Origin: Cyanidioschyzon merolae
Taxonomy: Eukaryota
Reading direction: 5' to 3' (one strand)
Assembly: GCA_000091205.1 (NCBI GenBank)
Contig: AP006490.2
Length of the DNA stretch: 64,000 bases
A model generated the notes under the pieces. The model was given only the letters and a program-made list of their open reading frames with translations. It did no database searches and was not told where the DNA came from. Below are positions 33,601 through 47,506 of the stretch, one piece after another (the stretch's first letter is position 1; each line of letters opens with the position of its first letter). The position numbers and the translations under genes were made by a program.

Positions 33601-34203
33601 CTTCTTGATATCATGCAGCCAGCGACGACGAATGTGCATCGAACACGTTCCGAGCTTGCGTCCAGGTGCCTCAAGGTGGAGGCGCGATGGGCCCAACACG
33701 TTGCGCTTGTGCTCTTGAAAAAAAGGGCCTTGCCGTATGCCGCCGACTCCTCTGAGGCATTGGAACCTGAGTACCTACGTGCCCGATGGATGACGTACCT
33801 GACGCATTTGGCGAATCTGGCGACGCGGAACCGGCGAGTTGCCGCTTCAACGCCTTTCATGGGGGCATCAGCGAGCGTGCTGCGCTCGGCTGCGAGCGGC
33901 TTCCATCGACATCGTGCAGGGCATTCGGGCATGCCGCGCGATGCGTTCACTGCCGCCGCCGAATCGACTGGGCTGCCGTGGGGGCGCCCTGCATCGCCCT
34001 TGGCCGACTGGGATCGCCAGCTGCTTCTGGATATGTGCCTGACCATTTGGTCGTCACGGGTCTCCGGAGCCGAGCGAGAGACTCTGCGGCAATGTATTCG
34101 TGATGTCCAAGCGAGTCTCGAAGACGAGGCGCTACGGCAAACGTACGCCGAGCGATGGCAGCGACTGGAACACATCGAATCGGTGGCTCCGGGCCAGTCG
34201 TAG
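30679..34203 (+). CDS. Large hypothetical protein (1174 aa). The N-terminal ~450 aa look beta-propeller-like and the C-terminal ~700 aa look alpha-solenoid-like.
   Basis: ATG start at 30679 and a single 3.5-kb ORF. The N-terminal part has repeated hydrophobic/Trp/Asp patterns such as 'LELCWLADGKRLSICSNTGEWWID' and 'DGRYCIWNTADGRHLLLVESS'. The C-terminal part is Leu/Ala-rich and helical. A poly-Thr/Ser linker is present: 'ATATTRTSTTSTTAA'. No specific family was recognised. Confidence 0.45.
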   Translation: MSLLRIGDEAYWLRVEDPEVDTTPPETCSTTHEALLFRGSSATPLARLVACGPRTGSGFLETLRGQRIALLVQRSTLFPARIVAAVWVHTPCAPLVCGPQLWIVHEDGELCRYADSGCSLGVYRLLPRAPAADTQPEGIRAVAVQPLCGTCTYVVAWVSTRNRLWAGRIRLNVSDDLIRSGKLTIASEPLNSEEDAVDVHPLRTLPPAFAGASSLELCWLADGKRLSICSNTGEWWIDSISFDENVDVAMTGNLVVATEKVRDATTSAATRRLTSDRLRLGSASPDGRYCIWNTADGRHLLLVESSTTKVSVQRSLYRIQQPAGRWNVIRTDGLWLPSLGGHPNAHCCTFLRHALMQQPDTNTHWWCWSFLSLPSGVSLSIMVRSRLTRDWNGPGELVSIPEPDGSTLLWIQENGARSLARLQSVATCQRPLIEWGVNAPGVLLYEAFATRSVIPTQGQTEAVAGLRPNSECASSSLEPCHGSTLTLADLECLEDAASQPTSKAPSHILVLEELRAQRLLVDAAEQCVTWAFHTMVNDTSRATRLLEAARWALAAACWDNWHQMDNWLRGSPESACRSDNTLERVPSAYGKRLARACYWWHRVVQWLRFRNRLATLMPLSAHQLQQPGMLRQVIGSIVRYAAATALSGGQGVPATATTRTSTTSTTAAHQVSIEERISALYDLIEESLQLTVCLSRADITTAFAVALLRHGAAYHRDGCLQRAEQWIRALFLPASLAGEKCTPIQQALSERMAPFLRYAAASAIAFQIGLDRLAYELALTEPDPGRRIRALCGLSDATAAAQALQVFVGFYPRLSIEYLLIILDWYLERDASLHELSKTLQAYPMLQDIILTELNQRGDKITYAQVLRLLGRRARRVTEAPPLDDRIAFEHKEPSPGANRSRFWSLAQWLDWGSVGVGDQAPEMSQGQLLPRLRADLTQTLQAMPRATTLAPILEECLAADWVRIPAKLLIAALLLDIMQPATTNVHRTRSELASRCLKVEARWAQHVALVLLKKRALPYAADSSEALEPEYLRARWMTYLTHLANLATRNRRVAASTPFMGASASVLRSAASGFHRHRAGHSGMPRDAFTAAAESTGLPWGRPASPLADWDRQLLLDMCLTIWSSRVSGAERETLRQCIRDVQASLEDEALRQTYAERWQRLEHIESVAPGQS

Positions 34204-34637
34204 CGTCTTGCTGGCGAAATGATGCACAGGGCCGTCGTTCGCGTCCATATCCGTCATCGACTTGGGGCGATTGCGCGTTGCAAACGGTCCCCAGGGGCTT
34301 GGGCTCGTCTTAGATGCGGTGCTCGATGCAGGCAAATGCACTCGTCGATGCTGATGATGTCGTTGTCGGTGAGGGCGCGCATGTTCGCAAGACAACATAA
34401 CAGCGGATCCACAATCAGGTCATGATGTGCGTGCAGCTGGCCGTGATCGGGATATCGGCGACTGCTCATTTGCTTACAGAGACCAGCTCTTCTTGCGCTT
34501 GGCGCTCTTCGTCTCAGAGCGGCGTCCGTGAACCCATGATCCTATCGTTCGACTCTTGGTGATCGATAGGCTCCCTCATGCGGAGATACCAGATCGTGTT
34601 GGTCGCAAGCAGCGAACGAAGTATTTATTCCACAAGC

Positions 34638-36890
34638 TCAAAAGCGACCCTGGCTAATGTCGACTGGTGAGATGTCATTTGACGTTTTCTGTGCAAATGG
34701 GCCGCAGCCAGCTGTTTCCAGAAGCGACTCAGGGAAGAGCAAGTTATCCCAGCGTTGACGCATTGGTTCATACATGACCCGACAGATTGGTGTGAACGCT
34801 GCCTCTGGGCATTCCAGCGAATGCGACGATAAGTTCGATACTGACCCAGATCCACGCCTGGCAGGCATTTGGTGCGACTGGGGCCCTGCTACCACAGACG
34901 GTGAACACTGAGTCGGATGAACATGTGATACGAGTGTCTCCGGACACGGCGTGCATGGTACCGCTCTGCAGCAAGGGAGTTTCTCGCGCAGCTGCTTACA
35001 GCAGCTGCGCAACGCCTCTGCACCCACAGATAGTTGCTGCTGTGCAAGCAACGCAACATACCGCCTGCGCTCATCGTAGCCGCGTTCCCCCAGGGCTTCG
35101 ATCAAACATGCACTGGCGATAACGTCCGAGGAAAATTGCAAAATCGATAGATCTTGAAGGCAGTGATCAGCGTAACTCTCCGCGAGAGCCAGGAGTTGAT
35201 CGGGTGCGGGCCATGTGCCGCTGCGCACAGGTGTGAAACATGCATGCGGCGACTCCTGCTCGGGTATCTCCATATTTTCGGTCCGAGGACTGAGCGACGC
35301 CTCTATCAGTTGTGCTGGGAGACGTGTGCTCGTAGGCTGAGCGGGGTTCTCGATTGCGGGATCTGTTGTCGATGACCGAATCGCACCGGTAAGACATCGG
35401 GCTCTAACTGGTGTAGTCGCCTCCTCTACGCGCGAGTAATATCGGTTTTGTTCATTCCAAAGTTGGTCATTGGTGTCCTGGTACAAACGATAGAGCAGAT
35501 AGAGACAGCTGTAAATAGTTGGGCATTGGAGTTCCCAATGGAGCCAGTCCAAAACTTGCGGTTCAATGCTGCGAATGCGTCGCCAGATTGCCTGTGAGTC
35601 GCTTTCAGTTGAAACGGCGCCAGCTTGCTCCGCGTCCGATGCCTCGGGCTTGCGGCCTGGAAGCGCCTGCAGCTGGCACGGCAACTTGCTCGTGATAGGA
35701 CTTCTCCAGCTTCCCTGACGCAGAGGCGTTATCGTGGAGAAACTCCGCCAAGCAGCCGGCTCGAAGCACAAAAGCTTCGCCTGGAAAGACTTCAGCTGCT
35801 CGATTCTGCTGGTGCGTTGGTGTGCAGGCGCAGCGACCCCCGGGCAGTTGCCAGGCAATGAACTCGAGCGGTCGCTGGTCGAAGGCACACCACTCAGGTC
35901 TCCTGTGTCCTGCTCCAGGTGCAAGCTCTGGCTGAGCGACTTCAGCTGCCAGCCTGTGCGCTCTGGGTGCGGTGACGTCGTCGATGTTTTGCGCAGGAGC
36001 CACTCGAGGACGCGAACGACTGAAGCGCTCTCGTCTTTGATAGGGTATCGTTCCTGAACTTTTCCGGCGATTAAAAGGCAGCTGGCTGCGTGCTCGAGCC
36101 ATGCAGACAGGGTCACGTTTCCTCTGATGCAATCGAAGAAATGAACAGCGAGGCCTGCCGTCTCCCGCCGAAACTGCATCTCTGCGGCAGCAGCGAAAAG
36201 CCACCAAATAATGACGGATCGCGCTCCGCGCTCTTCTGCGGAAGACGCAAGTTGGTTACGCATGCTACGCTTCTCGCAGGCAGAGCGGCTTATGCGTGTT
36301 TCAGAAGGCACTGATCTGCATGCCATATGTGCATTCTCATGCGAATGGTGCCGTGCCTCCAAAAACATGTGCTGAGCTCGTTGTAGGAGCGAGCTTCCCG
36401 ACACATCCGCTGGGCCTATGCAGAACCAGTCGGATTCCAGTGCGCGTTTGACTGCACGAGCAGGGTTCGCACCTCCGTGCACAGATGCCGCGCGAGAACC
36501 ACATCCACTGGATCGTACACGTGAACGAGTTTTCGCTGGTGCAGGATTCGTTCCGGTTTCTTGCAGTTCTGTCCCACAAGCAAGTCTTCCAGCCTGATAA
36601 CGGTCTTCATGAGGGCCTTGACCAGGCATCAACGAGTCTCGCACGCGTCGCTCAGGTACCGGCCAGCAAGGATAGTCGATTCGGAACCCGGCTAAGGATG
36701 TCGCTGGGGTAGCGAGATGGCTCTGGACGGATACGATGCGTCCGCTCGGCTGTTGCCGTCCAGCGCTGGTAGTGCGCCCTCTGCGGCTCGTAAGCTTCAG
36801 CGGCGCCATTACAGGGGCGAGATCCGTCCGACGGCAGATACCCCTGCGCGGTCGCCCCGCTGGCGGTCTTCGTGCCGGCGATGTTCCCAT
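34638..36890 (-). CDS. Cyclin-like protein (750 aa) with long low-complexity N-terminus and an insertion between the cyclin-box halves
   Basis: ATG at 36888-36890. The cyclin N-box is 'RNQLASSAEERGARSVIIWWLFAAAAEMQFRRETAGLAVHFFDCIRGNVTLSAWLEHAASCLLIAGKVQE'. The second fold reads 'IEPQVLDWLHWELQCPTIYSCLYLLYRL ... QDLSILQFSSDVIASACLIEAL'. Confidence 0.5.
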   Translation of the reverse strand: MGTSPARRPPAGRPRRGICRRTDLAPVMAPLKLTSRRGRTTSAGRQQPSGRIVSVQSHLATPATSLAGFRIDYPCWPVPERRVRDSLMPGQGPHEDRYQAGRLACGTELQETGTNPAPAKTRSRVRSSGCGSRAASVHGGANPARAVKRALESDWFCIGPADVSGSSLLQRAQHMFLEARHHSHENAHMACRSVPSETRISRSACEKRSMRNQLASSAEERGARSVIIWWLFAAAAEMQFRRETAGLAVHFFDCIRGNVTLSAWLEHAASCLLIAGKVQERYPIKDESASVVRVLEWLLRKTSTTSPHPERTGWQLKSLSQSLHLEQDTGDLSGVPSTSDRSSSLPGNCPGVAAPAHQRTSRIEQLKSFQAKLLCFEPAAWRSFSTITPLRQGSWRSPITSKLPCQLQALPGRKPEASDAEQAGAVSTESDSQAIWRRIRSIEPQVLDWLHWELQCPTIYSCLYLLYRLYQDTNDQLWNEQNRYYSRVEEATTPVRARCLTGAIRSSTTDPAIENPAQPTSTRLPAQLIEASLSPRTENMEIPEQESPHACFTPVRSGTWPAPDQLLALAESYADHCLQDLSILQFSSDVIASACLIEALGERGYDERRRYVALLAQQQLSVGAEALRSCCKQLREKLPCCRAVPCTPCPETLVSHVHPTQCSPSVVAGPQSHQMPARRGSGSVSNLSSHSLECPEAAFTPICRVMYEPMRQRWDNLLFPESLLETAGCGPFAQKTSNDISPVDISQGRF

Positions 36891-37321
36891 CTCAGAGCCG
36901 CCCTTTGCGTCCGTTCAGAGAGCGAACACCCCAACTGGCGGCCGAATCGAACGCCACAGTCCAGCAGAGGCACGCTCTCTTTCCGCCCCAGTGCCGCGAA
37001 ACGCCCTCTGCTCGCTGACGTGTCACGCGAAAAGAAACTACGCGGCGAACGATCCCTCGACGTATCACAGGAACAGTTATTTAATAGCGTTATCGCTCAA
37101 GTCCGGACACTTTTACGCTGCGCTCTCTGGAGCGTACGGACAACCACCGAAGAACTAAGCCCGCAGACAAACCACTAGCCAATTTCGACACAACAACGGA
37201 AGATGTCGTCTATTATTCAAAAGAGTGCCTACCCGGGAGTCGTCGGATACACTGAACAAGGACAAGTCCGAAAGCATCCATTGACGCTCGCGTCGACACT
37301 TGCGTGCACAGTCAAAAGTTC

Positions 37322-37366
37322 AGCGTTACACGCATAACACGCATAACACGCATAACACGCACAACA
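37322..37366. repeat. Microsatellite, 9-bp unit (ACGCATAAC), about 4-5 copies
   Basis: 'acgcataacacgcataacacgcataacacgcacaacacgcg' lies in the divergent intergenic region between the cyclin-like gene and gyrB. Confidence 0.8.
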
Positions 37367-37622
37367 CGCGTACCTGATGCAGACTGTGCGTGTCCTAGCG
37401 TCGTGCGTGTTCGCGCCGCTCAGCGCTGACGCCTTGCCCGCTGATCGCGGAAAGGCAGCGGCATCTGCGGGGCGCCTCCGCAAGATCGCGACGCGCCACC
37501 GACGCGATCCTTGCAAGGCGAGTTTCGCTTGGCACCGCCGGTGTACCAACCTTCCCGTAGGGAATTCCCCTAGGGCATTCCCTTCCGAGCGATTCACGCG
37601 CCTCTCCAACTGCCGACGATAG

Positions 37623-40115
<2,493 letters not shown>

Positions 40116-40317
40116 GCTTGCCCATACTCCAGCACGACATGTAAACGCTATGTTTCGTCTCGAGCAGCCTCGTTTACCAGCAGAGGAATCGCTGGGAACA
40201 CCAAATGCCGCGCCCGCGGTTTGCTTCCTCGTGTCCGATGCGCTATGCACGGGATGGCCTCTTGCAACCGCAGCCCGTTCGCCCGCACGCACTTGCCTCG
40301 CATCATCCCGTGCTAGT

Positions 40318-43300
40318 CTAAGTTCCCTCTTCGATCGGTGCCGGTATCGTTTCGAATAAACGTCCCGGCGGGCGCGCAATCAGCCGACCATCTTTTGCGT
40401 AGAGGAAAACAGCACTCAAATCATCACGCAGTCGAACGCGAACATGCACGGATTGAGGATCGTTCACGTCGCCGGAGCCGCCACCAGTCCACGCCTGCAG
40501 GACACCCAGGGCGCGTGACATCGCATGCGTGCTCCCGATGACGTGTCCGAATGCGTGCGCACTCGGTGCCCGCGATGCGTGCACATCGTGTGTCTGCACT
40601 GCTTCGGCTGCGTGGCGATCGAGCGACGGCGATGCCAAATCGATTTGGCGTTCTTCGCCCTGGAGATAGAGTATGACCTGCACATCGTGGGGCGCATGCA
40701 CCCCCGGTCCTGGCGCTGGTGGCCGACCCACATCGAGGCACGCTTGAATCCAGCCGATCGCTTGCACCGAGCCAGGGCGAAAGCAGGCCGCTGCCTCAAC
40801 CATGCTCGGCAACGGTGTCGATGCCTCGGCGTCATGATGACGCAGCGCCCAGGCGATCCAAACCACTGTATCCGCGTTGGCGGTGCGCGTGCCCCAGAGT
40901 TGGCCACAAGTCATACCCGCGAGCAAAAGACCGCGGACGAGGCCTCTCGGTAGATGGAGCTCGAATCGCTTGGCGAGATGCGGCATCGCCGAGATCGTCG
41001 CCTGTTCCGGGCGCTCGCCTCCGTACAGACTGCCACTGGTGTGTCCAGGCTCGACAACGTGCAGGTTTTCGAGAACGTCTGGGAGTCGTCGGTACAAGGA
41101 CAGTAGCCGTTGCTGTTCTGCATTCGTTACCGTGACCGACGACGTGCGGTACTCCTGCCGCTCAAATGGCGTGGTGGTCTCCACCGAAATCACATTGCCA
41201 TACCGGTCGAATGCGGCAACCGTCTTCGGTCGTGTGTGCTCCAGCACCTGCTCCGTTCCGTCGTCATCCCTGCCACCTGGCTGATCACCAGCGACATGGG
41301 CAGGGCGTAGACGCACGGGCACCAGCGACTGGAGCTCTAGTTCCAGACGGCGCCAGTCAGTCTCGGGAAGCGCGGGCCACAGCCAAGGTGTCGCGGAGCC
41401 CGCGCTCTCCTCGTCCGCCGACCGCTGAGGCCACACCAGCTGCAGGACACGCTCTGGCGCCCGGTCCAAGGCGTGGAGCAGGAGCAGGAAGCGCGCCGAC
41501 GCGATCCACACGGGCACATGCTCAAGCCAATCCGCGTAGCCACTCCAGATCGAAAGCTCGCTGGAGCGCGCAGTCTGAGTACGGTCGCGGATCTCCGGCA
41601 GCGCCATTAGCGCCTGCAGCGGCATGGCCGCCGCACCGGCACGCACAGGAATTTTGGCATACTCGGTGCCTGCCAAGAGCGTCTTCAACGGGTCCATGGA
41701 TGCGGTTTGTGCGAGCACGATGCCCCGCGGTAGCTCTTCAGTTGGCTGTGAACGGAGCATGGTTAAAACGTGCTCAGCGCATTTCCACTTGGCGAGTTGC
41801 GCTCGCCGGGTTTGGCCAGCCCACGTAGTCCGATGGACAATCTTCACAAACAGTCGCCCTGTCGACGTCTCCCATATCCAGATAACACCGTTCGCATGTG
41901 GCCTGTACGCAGTGCGATCATCCACGATCCAGAGGCGTTGCCGCCACAAGTCGCCGCCGCACCCCACGAGCAGAGGTATCGTATCGGAAGCCGATGTCGT
42001 AGTCGTCGCCGCCTGCAGCGTCTCGCTTTCCACCGTCTCCATGACGTAGAGCTGAAGCGCTTTGCGAATGCGTTCACGAAGGAGCGCGAGTGCCTGGTTA
42101 TGCATAAGCATCCGGCGCGATTCCTCGGTCACGATCGACACGACGCCCATGGCGCAGGCGTGCCCAAAAGCAGACCACTCGCCGTAGGCTAGATCAAAGA
42201 CCACGACCAGTCCATGGTGAGACGGGTACAGACTCGACGCTCCCGGTGCTGTATACGCCCGAAATTTTTGCGCTGCGTATTGCGCGGCATCATGGTCGTC
42301 GTAGTCGCCCCAACGGAGCTGGACATCAATCCAATAGATTTTGGCTGCCGCGTCGCTACCTGGCGGCCGCAGCGACGATCGCCCTTGACCGCCCGCATTG
42401 GATTCGAAGGCGACGGCCTCGTCCACGGGCAAGGCGTCACCGGACACGAGAATCGGTTGCTCGAAATCGATTCTAATATCCGCGCTGCTCCAGTGCATGC
42501 GATAAGACTTGCGCGGATGGATTCGTTCCTTCTGCACCGTGACCGCAACACGCGCCTCGCGCGAGCGCGCCCCCAGCTCTGTATCCAATGCTTTGCACAA
42601 ATCAAGTACCAGACTTTCATGAATACGCTGCCAGAGATGGCCTCGGAACACCTGCAAAAGGCTGATTTTGAGCGTCGAAAGCTTGCCGTACATGAAGATC
42701 CCCGTCAGATCGAGCTGGGCGCGGAAGCCCATGTACACCCGGCTGCGATTGATGGTCGGCGACCACCAGAGCGTGAATCGGCGATTGGGTATCTGGACAA
42801 GTCCAGATCGCTGCGCCCGCGTCAACGGCCTGCCCGCGAGTTTGTGCTCAAAGCCGTGGTCGCCCCAGACGATGCCTCGCCAATCTCGATACCCAGTTGC
42901 CGCAAAGAGCGTATGCGACAGGATTGCCGGCACGCCACCCAAAGCATGCGTAACCTGACTCCGGTAGTCGTCCAGCTCCCAAAGGCGTCCGTCGTGCATG
43001 AAATCTAGCCACCAGAGGGCGTTCTTCCGCCCGGTAACGTGCACGCGCAAGAGACTTCGCACACGATAGCCGTGATCGAGCGTCCACAACGCTCCTTGCG
43101 GGTGATAGCGTGCAGCCAAACGTGGCAGACCGCGATGCAGCCATGCTGGTGGCAGCAGTCGCCGATCGAGGTGTGCCCCAAATGCCTGCGCTCGTTCTTG
43201 AAGCTCGCGCTCCAGCAACTCCGCGTCAGCGATCTCATCGAGCCAGCTTGGTATGAAGGACCACAGCGACGGCACCGGGTCGTGGCCTATGTTCATCATT

Positions 43301-46300
43301 TCGAGGCCGCCGAGGCTGCGCGGAGCGTAGAACACCACCGGTGGGAAGCGCACCGGCATCTTCGAGTTCAGACCCAGCTTGATCCTGTTCTGTACGCGCT
43401 CTTGGGCATGCTGGACAAATTGCCGTACGGTTGGATCATTCGCTGCGACTTGGCGATACATGCCGGCAAAGTGGAGTGCTAACGCATTCCACCGGGCTGC
43501 CACGCGCGTAAATGGGGCATGTATGGTCGCCATCAACAGGCGCTGAACATCCAGCGCCCATCGCTGCAGCGCGTGCGGCGAGACGCGAACATACGCCACG
43601 GTGCGCCCGCTGGGCAATGACCAACGCATCCCTGCAGTTGCTGCTGCTTCTGATGCGGGTCGAGCGCTGCCCATGCCAGCAGGCAGGATTCTGTCAAAAC
43701 CGCTTGCGAGCATTCGCACCTCGAATCCAAACATTTCGAAGAAAAGACTGGGATTCTCGGGCCCTGACACGACGCTTACCGCAGTCTGGGATTCGGGCAT
43801 CTCGACGAGTGGTCGGAGCGCACTCACGCCCGGGCCAATGCGATCGCGAATCGCATCAAAGAGGGCTCGACCCAGCAGACAGTCGAAGGGGCGCAGGCGC
43901 ATGCGCACTGCACTCGGCCAGCACCGTCGACTGGGGTACAGCGCCGCGTCGAGAAGTGTCTCCCGCTCCGGATGGCGTTCGTAACGCTGCTCGAGACGCG
44001 TAACAGCCACACGCGCAGTCTCTTCGGGAACCCGAATCAGCGCATACAGTCGATCGAGAATTCGTTCGTAGGCAAGCAGCCGCATCGACGGGCAACTACG
44101 GGCGTCGTTGCGTCGCACGTCATGGTCGCCAGCGAGTTCGGCAGGCGGCCAGCTCGGCAGGCTCAGCAGGTCCGCGTCCATATCTGGTGCGCGAAACGCT
44201 AGATCTACCGCCGCCAGACCATAGAGCTGTTGCAGGAAACCTGAAAACTCCCAACCAGGCAGGATGCCAACCGACTGCGTATAACGCATGTCTTTGAACG
44301 TAATCGTTGCATTACAGCGGGCAATTAGATAATCAACGATTTCGGGTGCGAGCAACTGTCGCAGCAATCGATCCAGAACCAGCAAATCCGCGCGCTGAAA
44401 TAGCCCTGGCAATGGCGTTTGTATGAGGACCAGGAAGCTCTTGTTTGGTGCTGTTCCGAGTGTCCACAGATGAGGTATAGCATCCAAGCGTTCGACGAAA
44501 CGGAGGACGTGAACGGGCGGCAACTCATCGTCGCATGGCTGGACATGGGCCGGAAAAAGGCGCGTCTCCGTGGCCTTGTACCAGAGCCATTGATCGAGGA
44601 AAGCGTCCACCAGTCGCTCAAAGGAATCGATCCGATACACAGGCGTCAGGTCCGCGTCATCGTAGAAGCGGAGTTCCACCTGGTGACGCATTTGCACCGC
44701 CTGCAGTCGCTGCCGGATTCTATACAGCATCGCTGCAGGCGCTGCCTCTGCCTCTGTGACAAGTTCGCCGAGCCCCGGGGGACAGTGCTCGCCCTCCGTT
44801 TCCGGGCGGAGACGCTCGATCGCGAGTTGCAGTAATGCGGGAGCTAGCCCGGAATCCGCGTTATCTGCGGCGAACCAAGGCAATTGCCAAGGGCATGAGT
44901 CGGCAACACCTGCTTTCTCCAGGTACGTTGCGAATCTGTACAATATCGATGCTGCTTCGGTCGGCAACAGAAAGGGACCGTGCTCCAAATACTGCCGCTG
45001 ATGCGCCTGCTCATGGTGAACGGCAAGACGAGCAAGTCGCCCGTACATCTGGCGAACAAGTGCCTTATCCATGGAACGACCGCTTCGAAACGCAATCGCG
45101 AAGCGTCGAGCACCCTCTATCCACCATTGCGCCCGCTGCTGCACGTAATCCCGTACGAGTCTGTCGATTTCAGGGGGCATGTCTCGTACGTGCCACGGGA
45201 TATTGGCCTTCCAGCAGCGCCACGCCTGGTGCATATGCTGGAGAACACGCCTCGTATATAGTGGTTGACGCGCTGCTGGCAACAGTTGCCGAAGACGCGC
45301 TATAGTCTCCTGACGTAGCGCCACATCAAACTGCGACTCGAGTCGTTGCTTTGTGACGGTGCGTTGCGCCATGCGCAGCGGCTCGCGTCCTTCAAAATGG
45401 CGATTCAGCAGGTTACCCAACCACTGTTCGAGCAAGGGCATCAGGCCTCGAAGTAGGTGCACCCATTGCCGCCAGAGGGGTTGCCAGCAGGCCTTGCCGG
45501 GACCCGACCATCCGAAACGCTGATACATAAGATGCTTGAGGTCCTTGGTCGCATGGATTTGGCGCATAACCCGGTACTTGTAACGATAGAGACCTGTCAG
45601 TTCACCGATATGTGATTCGATGTACGTGATGCTGTCGGCGAGTTGAATGGCATCCGCGCCGAGACCCGCCCGATACCGCAGATGCACATCCACAATCAGC
45701 TTCACCATACGCATCCATTCGCGCATCAAATGAAACGCATTCCCGAAGCGAGACTGCTTTCGTTCTTTGGTCGTCAGCGTACGCAACGGCACGATCTGAA
45801 AATTGTAGTCCATGCTCAGAAAGAAGAATCGTTTTCGTCTCAAAAGTAGCAAAAACATCGATCGTGCAGCGTCGCACAGCCAGATGCCGACCTCCAACCA
45901 ATCCATACTGGTGCGATAAAAAAATCCCGATTGCCGCAACGTCCTCAGCAGATCCGGCCGTCGGTGCTGCTTCTCAGCTTCATCGCCAGCGTCTCCAGAG
46001 GCCGACTGGATCGCCAAAGTCGATTGCTTGCGCCCGCGACCACGTTCTTTTCGCAGGTAGCGAAGACGCTGTGCTTCTGCTTGTCGACAGCGTCGTTTCA
46101 ACAAGCTGTGGACTGCGGCAGTACTTTTCGGGCGCATGTAATGGACGCGCTCCAGTTGCCAGTACAACTCGCGTTCCATGTCGATATCCTGCATCCGCTT
46201 CCGTTTTCGAACACATCTGCCCTTATATGGACGCGGTGCATAGAGCAAATCGAGCCAGGCTCCGACGCGTTCGCCGCACGCGTCCAGATCGAAATCGCCC

Positions 46301-47506
46301 AGCGCCGGATGAGCGCGGTAGCGCGTACGCTGAGCGCTGGCGCCTTCGCTGGTGTCTGGGATGATGCGCTCGCCAGCGCCTTGTGCACTGCTGTGCAGGA
46401 GCGGTGCTAGCGTAGGCTGCCAGCTCCACGCACTCGGCCAGAGCGGGTGCGGTGGTGGTGTTGGCGGCCACATGAGCGGCCGCGGCGCATGGTGGTGCCA
46501 CAGCGGTTGCTCTGGGTTCGGGGTGCGTTCATCGAATGCGTCGTACAGGTACGGATAAGCCTGGTGCAGTTCTGGAGCGCGACGTTGACCAGGCAGGATG
46601 GAATGCATACCGAGCTCCGTGAAATCGTCCCAGTCCTCCTGGAGCAGATGCGCGCCCTCGCTGTGCAAAGAGCCGGCGTGTAGGCTCTTACGTCGAAGGT
46701 TTGCACGCTCATGCTCGAGTCGATGCACTCGTCGCAATGTCAAGCGATTTCGCAGATAGAACTGACTTGGATCCAGATCGTTCGGGTGTGGCGCCCACGG
46801 CAAACTCATCCGGTAGAGCGCAGCACGCGCCTCCGGTGTGTGCAAATTCGCGGCGAGCTGTTGGATTCGCTCGTATTCAGCTGCCGCGTCTGCATCGTTA
46901 GCAAATGGTGTCGGCAGCGTTCGATGGTAGACAAACTCGCGGAAGCTCGGTGACGGCTCATCGTCGTCGAACGCCGGCACTTGCAAACGTACGAAGGAAC
47001 GCGTCAGATCTCGCTGCCGCTTTCCGCTGCTTGTCGAGGCGACGTGTGCCTCATGACGACGACGGTCGAGGTAGGCGCACCAACGCGCCCATTGGGCCCG
47101 ATGAACGACCTCGGGGACTCGACGTGAACCCTCGATAAAAGCCAACGCACCAGTGTGATGGAAAATCACGGGTACAAACCGCGTTGGCTCCCAAGGGGCC
47201 GGCATGTGTTCCAGCCATTTGTACACCGCGTGCGGAAGGTAGCGGAGCGCGTTCAGTGTCAGTGCATCTGTGTTCCGGGAGATATGTCGGTCTCGGTTAC
47301 CACGGTGGGCACTGTTTTCCAGGTCATTTTCGCTTCGCTCCAACTCGATCCGTGCAAGACTCGCTAGTTTGCGGAAAATATCGGGGGAGGTATACGGTTT
47401 GAAAAATGGCTGATCCGCTCCGAAAGCACGGCGTGGCCGCTTTCGCTTCAGGTCCAGCGTCTGATCTGCCTCTTCGTCGCGTCCGAAAAACGCACGTTTG
47501 GGCATG
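40318..47506 (-). CDS. PRP8: Pre-mRNA-processing-splicing factor 8 (PRP8), intron-less and unusually divergent
   Basis: ORF 40318..47514 (2398 aa as listed) has a TTG start; the first ATG is at 47504-47506 ('MPKRAFF...'), giving about 2390 aa. PRP8 landmarks include 'LRYLPHAVYKWLEHMPAPWE' (compare [20 protein letters not shown]), the RT-like and thumb region, the endonuclease-like region, the RNase H-like region and the C-terminal Jab1/MPN region. Length is normal, so there is no intein. Many normally invariant blocks are substituted, estimated at roughly 50% identity to the canonical PRP8 against more than 60% typical for most eukaryotes. Confidence 0.9.

Noticed and set aside
40318-47506. 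Possible intein in PRP8
   Set aside because: The protein length, about 2390 aa, is canonical and there is no extra insertion in the RNase H-like or MPN region.
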